64,000 nucleotides of DNA, taken from positions 1,155,430 to 1,219,429 of the forward strand of contig NW_003314297.1 of assembly GCF_000143415.4 (NCBI RefSeq). Direction: 5' to 3'. The position numbers and the translations under genes are program-made. Of the stretch, positions 57,901-64,000 are shown in pieces. Within the stretch, counting starts at the first letter, position 1. Every line of letters begins with the position of its first letter. Origin of the DNA: Selaginella moellendorffii. Its lineage: Eukaryota; Plantae; Lycopodiophyta. The notes below the pieces were generated by a model, which did no database searches, had not been told where the DNA came from, and was given only the letters and a program-made list of their open reading frames with translations.

Positions 57901-59630
57901 CATAAATCGACCTTACGCATTCATTCCCAAAAATAGGCCACAAACCTTAGGATCGGGAGACTTCGATGCCCACTCCTCAAGACTAGATGGAATCCTTATT
58001 AGGCCAGTGCTATACCAACTCTCACCATCCAACCTGAAAAGTAAACTATAAAAAATGACAAATAAACAATAATCATTCGAAATCACCTCAGGACCGAGTA
58101 TAGCAGAAGTCGTGAGTCAAGTGACGTGCATAACATTACCGGACTTGGAGGAAGAAGTTTTTCTGGATTTCTTGGATCAGGCTGTTTTAACAATGATGTT
58201 CGATCTATCGCCAGCCCAGTTAAGGCATTGTCACTCGAAGAATCTACAAAGATATACAGTATAAGAACTGTTTACTTACAAAACATGTCTACTTACCAAA
58301 CATGGAGATGTCAGCTCTCCACAAATCATCTGACAAAGCAAACACCTTCGGACCGCCAGCCTAGAAGGCCAACATGTGCGTCGATGGACCTTCTACAAGT
58401 TGTCAACACGATTTTCCTAGAAAAAGACTTTAAAACACGATGCCGAGAATATAAATCATACCATGGTTCTAGGTTCTATACAAGCATATACGGACTGTTC
58501 ATGGGTGGAATAATACTAGCTTCAATCGCAGGAAATCTTCGAGTAACCGCTAAAGCAGAACACTCCGTGCTTGCCTGTAAAACGCCAACACAAACGAGTC
58601 AGTATTCTTACCTCGCTAATTGAAATAAGAACCTCATCTAGTTGTTGCCTACCAGACGCTGAAAGCACAAGCAGCGGACAGGTAATTTCTTCATCGTCCT
58701 CCGACTGGACATAGCTAATTACAATGCTTTGTGGCGAAATCCAGCGTAAAGCATCAACTAGAACAAGCTTAAAATCATTAACAGCATGCGAGTTTTCAAT
58801 AAAGACACGTACCATGAGTTTCCAGTCCTTCCTCGCACCCAGGAAATTCTACTCGTGGATTTATGATAAAACTCTTGGCAAAATCAGACGACGCAATCGT
58901 TAGCTTCATGCTTGTTGCATACATGATCTGCTTGCCAAACTGACTCCAACAAGCTGAAAAAGGAATAAGTGAAATGCATTAACAAGAACGATGATAAATC
59001 ATAAATCTACGCACCAGCAGAAACATTTTCCTTCATAAATGTAGGCTCTTCTCCGATTTTTCCGACGAGAAGCTTTCCTTTGTTTTTGTCTTGGTCTAAA
59101 CTACACCACTGAAAATCCTTGATCAAAGCATCGTCGCCGATGTCGCGGATCTCGAACCGTCTAGTGTCGGTCTAGAAAGAAAATCAAAGAAAAATCTACA
59201 ATAAATTGACAACGTAGACGAACCTTGAGTGCCAGAGAAGGGACTCGGTAGAATCGAACAGCGAAGCCGGCACACACAGCAAGCGTGAGCTCGTCCTTTG
59301 AAAGCTCCACAATCGAGACTTTCTCCAGTTCCACGCTCGCTAAGCATTTCTCACTCGCAGAAGCAGGCTTGGGTCCGCTCGAGAGCTCCAAAACGTCTGC
59401 CGTCACGACTCCAAAACCTACAGTGGAAATATTTCGATTTCGCCAGGAGAATGATGGATCGTACCTGCTGGCGTGGCGAAGAACGTCAGGCCGAACCGAT
59501 TGGACACTGAAAGCACCCGCGCTGGATGATAATCAGAACTAGCCTTCGCGCCAGGCGACAGGAGTGATACGCCTCCACCGATCGCCTTGAACGCGATATC
59601 TACATTCTCTTCGGGCGCCTTCTCCACCAT
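54907..59630 (-). pseudogene. NUP214: Nucleoporin NUP214 (LNO1-like), disrupted by several frameshifts, a stop and an internal inversion
   Basis: N-terminal beta-propeller (LSVSNRFGLTFFA, VDALRW), coiled coil (RYQDLW..RKLHPEM), S/T-rich linker, DEEAP..FGNLGLG, FG region and terminal LFTAMRK*. The lesions are listed in findings. Confidence 0.85.
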
Positions 59631-60055
59631 AAACCCTAACCCGGAAAAAACAAACTATTATATAAGAACAACGTTTTCTTACATTTCTAAATGGGAATAA
59701 TCACACCGGCATGGTTCAAGCCTTCTCTAGGGACATAACTAATAGCACGGCTTGGGGGTGCTCTCACAAGAGTTTTGTTCCAATGGTAAGACATAGTGCA
59801 TATGCCACCACTGGGCATTTGCTGCTAGCCTTACGCTTTAAGCCATAAGAATTCTCTCGGGCATTAAACCTTCGATACCTTCCTGTAAAACCTTAACTCA
59901 GACGCGACTTCTAAGACAAAGCATTGGCATAGAGATAAAAAATCCCTCTCGCTCCCTCCAGATTGTTACTGTGAGACAAGGTCAAGCAAGTGTGTTTTGA
60001 AAGCAAGACCTCATCCCCATTCCCATTTAGTGTACTACTCTGTGTCCTTCCATTC

Positions 60056-61230
60056 ATGGATCTTCTCTCCCACCCAATTTTGAGTGCCTTAGTGCTGCTT
60101 GCTGCAGCTCTCTGGTTCTCTTCTACTAGAAGAAGAAATCCTCCAGGAAATCTCCCTCCAGGACCACTCAACTTGCCAGTCATTGCAAGCTCGGCTCGCT
60201 CCCTCACATCTCACTTCACAAACTCTCCAAGAGATATGGCGATGTGATGCTCTTGAAGCTCGGCAGCGTGCCCACAGTCATAATCAGCTCCGAGAGAGCT
60301 GCCAGAGATATTTTCAAGCGCCATGGCCTCGACTTTGCCTCCAAAGCTCCACCGATGTGCGGGAAATACTTTGGCAACGACTACAATGGTCTAGTTTTCA
60401 GCCAATACACTCCGGAAGTGAAGCTCTACAGGAAGCTCATCAACACTCACTTGCTCTCGCCGACCAAGCTCAAAGCTTACGATGGAATCCGTTGCGAAGA
60501 GCAGCGCCGTCTCGCTCGATCTGTCAGTGACGAGTGAGGGAATCGGGTCCTCCTGCGGCAAAAGATCCACGACATGAACATGAACGTGATAACTTACATG
60601 CTATTCGGGAAGCGCTTCTGTGGACACTACAAGAACACTGCGAATGTCTACGAGTTCGCGCAAGCGATAGTGGAGACGGTTAGGCTGGCCGGGATCTTCA
60701 ATGTGAGCGATTACATCCTTGGAATTCGCTGGCTGGACGTCCAAGGCTTGGAGAAGAAGTACAAGCAGCTCATGAACCGGGTAAACAGGCACCCCTTGTC
60801 GATCTTACGAGGCCAGCAAGGGGATCCTCCAGTTTTCACCAGCGAGGAGCCCATGGCTTTCATCGATGTGCTCATCTCCATGAGAGAGAAGCTCTCGGAC
60901 ACCACCAAAATTCAACTTTTGCTCGTAAGTTTCTCTTGGTCAAAGTTGTTCTTCTTTAACGCTGGATGAATCCCATAGGATATGTTGCTGGGTGCTGTGG
61001 ATACTTCGGCTCTCTCACTGGAATGGGCTATGGCTGAGCTTCTTTGGCATTTAGTTGAATTCACAAGAGCTTAGAGCCAAATTAATATAATTGTCGGCAA
61101 AAAAAACCTTGTGAACGAGTTGGACATCACAAAGCTTCCATATGTCAAGGCCATAGCCAAGGAAACAGTGAGGCTCCAGTCAGTGGCTCCACTAGCTCTT
61201 CCCAAGATCGTCCAGCAAAGTTGAACATGG
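60056..61230 (+). pseudogene. Cytochrome P450 (CYP71-clan-like) pseudogene
   Basis: TM anchor, LPPGP, LKLGSVP, I-helix GAVDTS and K-helix KETVR. Frameshift at about 60190, stops at 60535 and about 61071, and no heme-binding FxxGxRxC motif. Confidence 0.9.
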
Positions 61231-61419
61231 ATCAAACATTTGGACTGGTTTGTCAAAAGAGTCAACCTCTTGTGGATATCCCAATCCTCAGGCTGGATTC
61301 TCACGTTTACTAGAAACATTGGTCCATACCAGCTTGCTTCTTCCATAAAGTTTGCTTCCTCTCCAGGAAAACTATCATAATTTCGTGTGTGACGCTCGAG
61401 GAACTATCATAATTCAACC

Positions 61420-61700
61420 ATTGTTTTTCTACCCTTTCAATGATACAACTGATCAATATAACAATGTATCAATTCGCATGGACCATGTGGAAGAGGAATA
61501 ATCTATACAATGGTTCCAAACCAACTGATCTTGGAGGCTTAGAAATGGTGGAACTGGAAATAGAAAGATATTACATGAAAGTGATCACCTCCCGAAGAGG
61601 CGATCAAAGAAACTCGTGGAAGGAGTTCCCGCCCCACCCAGAACGGGCGAGCCGGGTGTTAGCCCGGCGAGGGCGTTCTGGAGGGAAGCCCGTGCCCTAA
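61420..61700 (+). mobile_element. Possible LINE ORF2 3'-end remnant
   Basis: AWTMWKRNNLY resembles the L1-type C-terminal W.LWK.RN motif. A GC-rich hairpin follows. Confidence 0.35.
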
Positions 61701-61829
61701 AGACCGTTAACAGATATGTTATTCGAGGCAACCGGGTTGTCCAGAACCTTGCAGCTGGCAGCCGGTTCTGAAGAACCTGGCAGTTGTCAGCCACGTTCTT
61801 GCGGATCGATCCGACGGCTGCCAGTGGCT

Positions 61830-62522
61830 GGATCGAGTTAACAAGCGAGCCACAGCCGCTTGAGTTTGATTCCAAGCACTCAACGTGAGCATACCTTCCG
61901 AGTTTATCTTTGGAGCGTGGCTCTTTCGATGTGTCGTTGCCACAAACTTTGCATCACTTGTCCACCCATCCAGTTTCAACGTACACACCCTTCACTGATT
62001 GATCACCCAACATCTTGGCATAGAAAAATGAGGACGAAAAATAAAAGAGCCGAGGAGAAAAAAACACTCAAAAGAAGAAAGAGACTTGTAAATACCATCG
62101 ATTGGTTCTTTGACGAAATCCTTGTAGGAGCCACCGATCTTCTGTTTTAGAGCTGCGTACTGCAAAAGTCAAGAAGAGAGAGATGAGAAATTTGGACAAG
62201 TTGGATGTTTTTTCTCAAAGACGTGGTACTTGCTCTCGGGACATTTTCTCGCCTGACTTTGTAGCCTGATGAGCCTCGTCGATCAAATCAGCGTCCCTCT
62301 CCGACCTTGCCTGAGAGAAATCCAGCGCGTCGGTGATGCTAGTCAGAAATGATGTCTTCTCCTGCTTCTGTTCACTCCCCTAGCCGGGAGGAGTTTCATC
62401 CTTTCTATCCTGTGCCAGAAGAACTATACTGACTTTTTTGTGGGGGCTGTGATTAACTGCTGCTGCTTGATGGATCTGCCAAGAAAACTCGCCTTTGTTG
62501 CTGCAACCGAAGCTGCCGCCAT
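61830..62522 (-). pseudogene. Pseudogene of a conserved plastid-targeted protein with a CxxC...HxxC motif
   Basis: Transit-like MAAASVAATKASFLG; SFLTSITDALDFSQARS...SREQ|YAALKQKIGGSYKDF...|YVETGWVDK*CKVC...DKLGRYAHVECLE. Stops at 62380-62382 and 61954-61956, and a frameshift near 62435. Confidence 0.75.
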
Positions 62523-62684
62523 TAGCAACAAGAAAAAACGAAAAAAGAAGATGACCAACTTTGAAAGGATCGGACTGGGACACGCGTTCTCTTTCCCGCC
62601 CCCAGCATTTACATGGTCTTGGAATTTTGGGTCAATGCAGGACCATACCATATTCTTCACATAAACTGTTTTTTCTTTAGTCCT

Positions 62685-62790
62685 TATTTGGAATGGGCCA
62701 TGGCCAAGCTTCCTCTGGAGTTCTCAAGAGTTGTTGGCAATGGACATTGCATAGCTTCAGACTATAACCAAGGAAACATTGTCGGCCTCC
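62685..62790 (+). pseudogene. Second, heavily deleted CYP450 fragment
   Basis: LEWAMAKL...EFSR...ITKETL matches the 61018-61170 exon of the neighbouring CYP pseudogene. Confidence 0.55.
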
Positions 62791-64000
62791 TTGGAATTTT
62801 CCAAAAGCTTTTACAACAAAGAATTTTACTATTAATGCACATTAACACTTAAATAAAATGTTTTAAAGAAAAGTCAAGAAATACAATATATATTGTGAGG
62901 TCTAATTGTACAGTTATGATGCCACATACTAATCTAGTGTAATATAATTTTGATAGCTATTTGATTGATTTCTATTCAAATCACTCACTCTTGCATATAA
63001 GCTAGAATTTTTGGGCTAATTGATATATACATTTCTATATTCCATCCATGCACTTACATTGGTGGAGGTGAGGGGCAATTTTGATTGTTCTTGAGAAGTG
63101 CTTAGATTTAGGATTTTGGTTTTAATTTAACTTTTATATCATCTAGATCTCTCTTTCCTTATAGTTTTTTCAAATTTTTCTCTTTTGTTTTTCCCTTTTC
63201 ATTCATTTTTATGGCAGAGTAACAACTTCCTCCTCTTTTCTTTGGAGTAGTAGTTGGTGCAATTTCTTGATGCTATCTGGTTGCAGTTAAATAATTGGAC
63301 TCAGTTGATGGTAGCATTCATGACGCATGATGCAATTCTTCTTGCTCTTCCTTATGTTCGGCTAAAGTTCTTTCATAAAAGTTCTAGAGATGATGTGTAC
63401 TATTAGTTCAATCACTTTACGATGATTATTATATATTATTCTTGGGATGATAGTGTAAGTAACTAAATTTTTTATTTTATTTTAGTCATTTAATTACACC
63501 TTTTATCACTTGGAGGAGTCTCATTCACAACCTCTATATGTTTTATTCTTGACTTAAGGATATATTAACCCTGTGAGTGGCATCTATACCACTCAGGCTT
63601 TACACTTGGTCCAAGTGTTCTACTTATCCAATCCCAAGTATCATTAACATATCAGCTTGTTACATCAAGGCCATGTCCATTAACCTTTGTCTCATTAGTA
63701 ATCTAAAACCATTTATACCATAACTTAATTTTTCAAAGATTAAGCCATTTGTTCATAAATGGTTCATAAGACCACATTTTAACATCCTTAGGATGCTTAG
63801 AGATATAAGGAACACCATTTCCCAATATTCTTTCTTCAGTCCCCACCAAATCCCTCTTCATTTATAGTTTTGCTTGGTAAAATTGCCATTGGGTTAGGGC
63901 CCAAAAGCCCGACCATTAAGTCCCATTGATCTCTAAAACTTCTTCACTACGTGACTATGCCTTTAGTCACTATACAAGAGGATTATTCTTCTTCCTTTCC

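Noticed and set aside
62850-64000. AT-rich tail as a specific transposon
   Set aside because: It is CpG-poor and TE-like, but I could not identify any domain or terminus within the window.

Overview
This is gene-dense plant nuclear DNA. Introns of about 50-60 nt, intergenic gaps often under 200 bp, telo-boxes and a PLS-type PPR gene point to a lycophyte, very likely Selaginella (inference). Bases 1-44 kb hold about 20 apparently intact genes: dirigent-like, NUMOD3-like, Pro-rich TM-TPR, GMC oxidoreductase, BDP1, PPR, Psb27-2, F-box, MRE11, J-domain, 3x GDSL, ELP6, LRR pseudokinase, GT31, QTRT2, 2x RING-CH and DUF829. A U4 snRNA gene that the ORF track cannot show also lies here. Bases 44-52 kb are an AT-rich island of decayed LTR-retrotransposon and pseudogene debris. 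Bases 52-63 kb contain a divergent Dof-like gene, an A_thal_3526-family gene and a run of pseudogenes (NUP214, CYP450, a conserved plastid Zn-motif protein). The most striking structure is a ~368-bp inversion inside NUP214: its FG-repeat exon segment is written on the opposite strand, and flipping it back restores the reading frame at both junctions. Other highlights are an MRE11 start codon split by an intron (AT^G; the unspliced RNA reads AUG-UAA), a duplicated U4 3' Sm domain, and a Dof finger with altered Cys spacing. All exon structures were read by eye and family calls rest on remembered motifs, not database searches.
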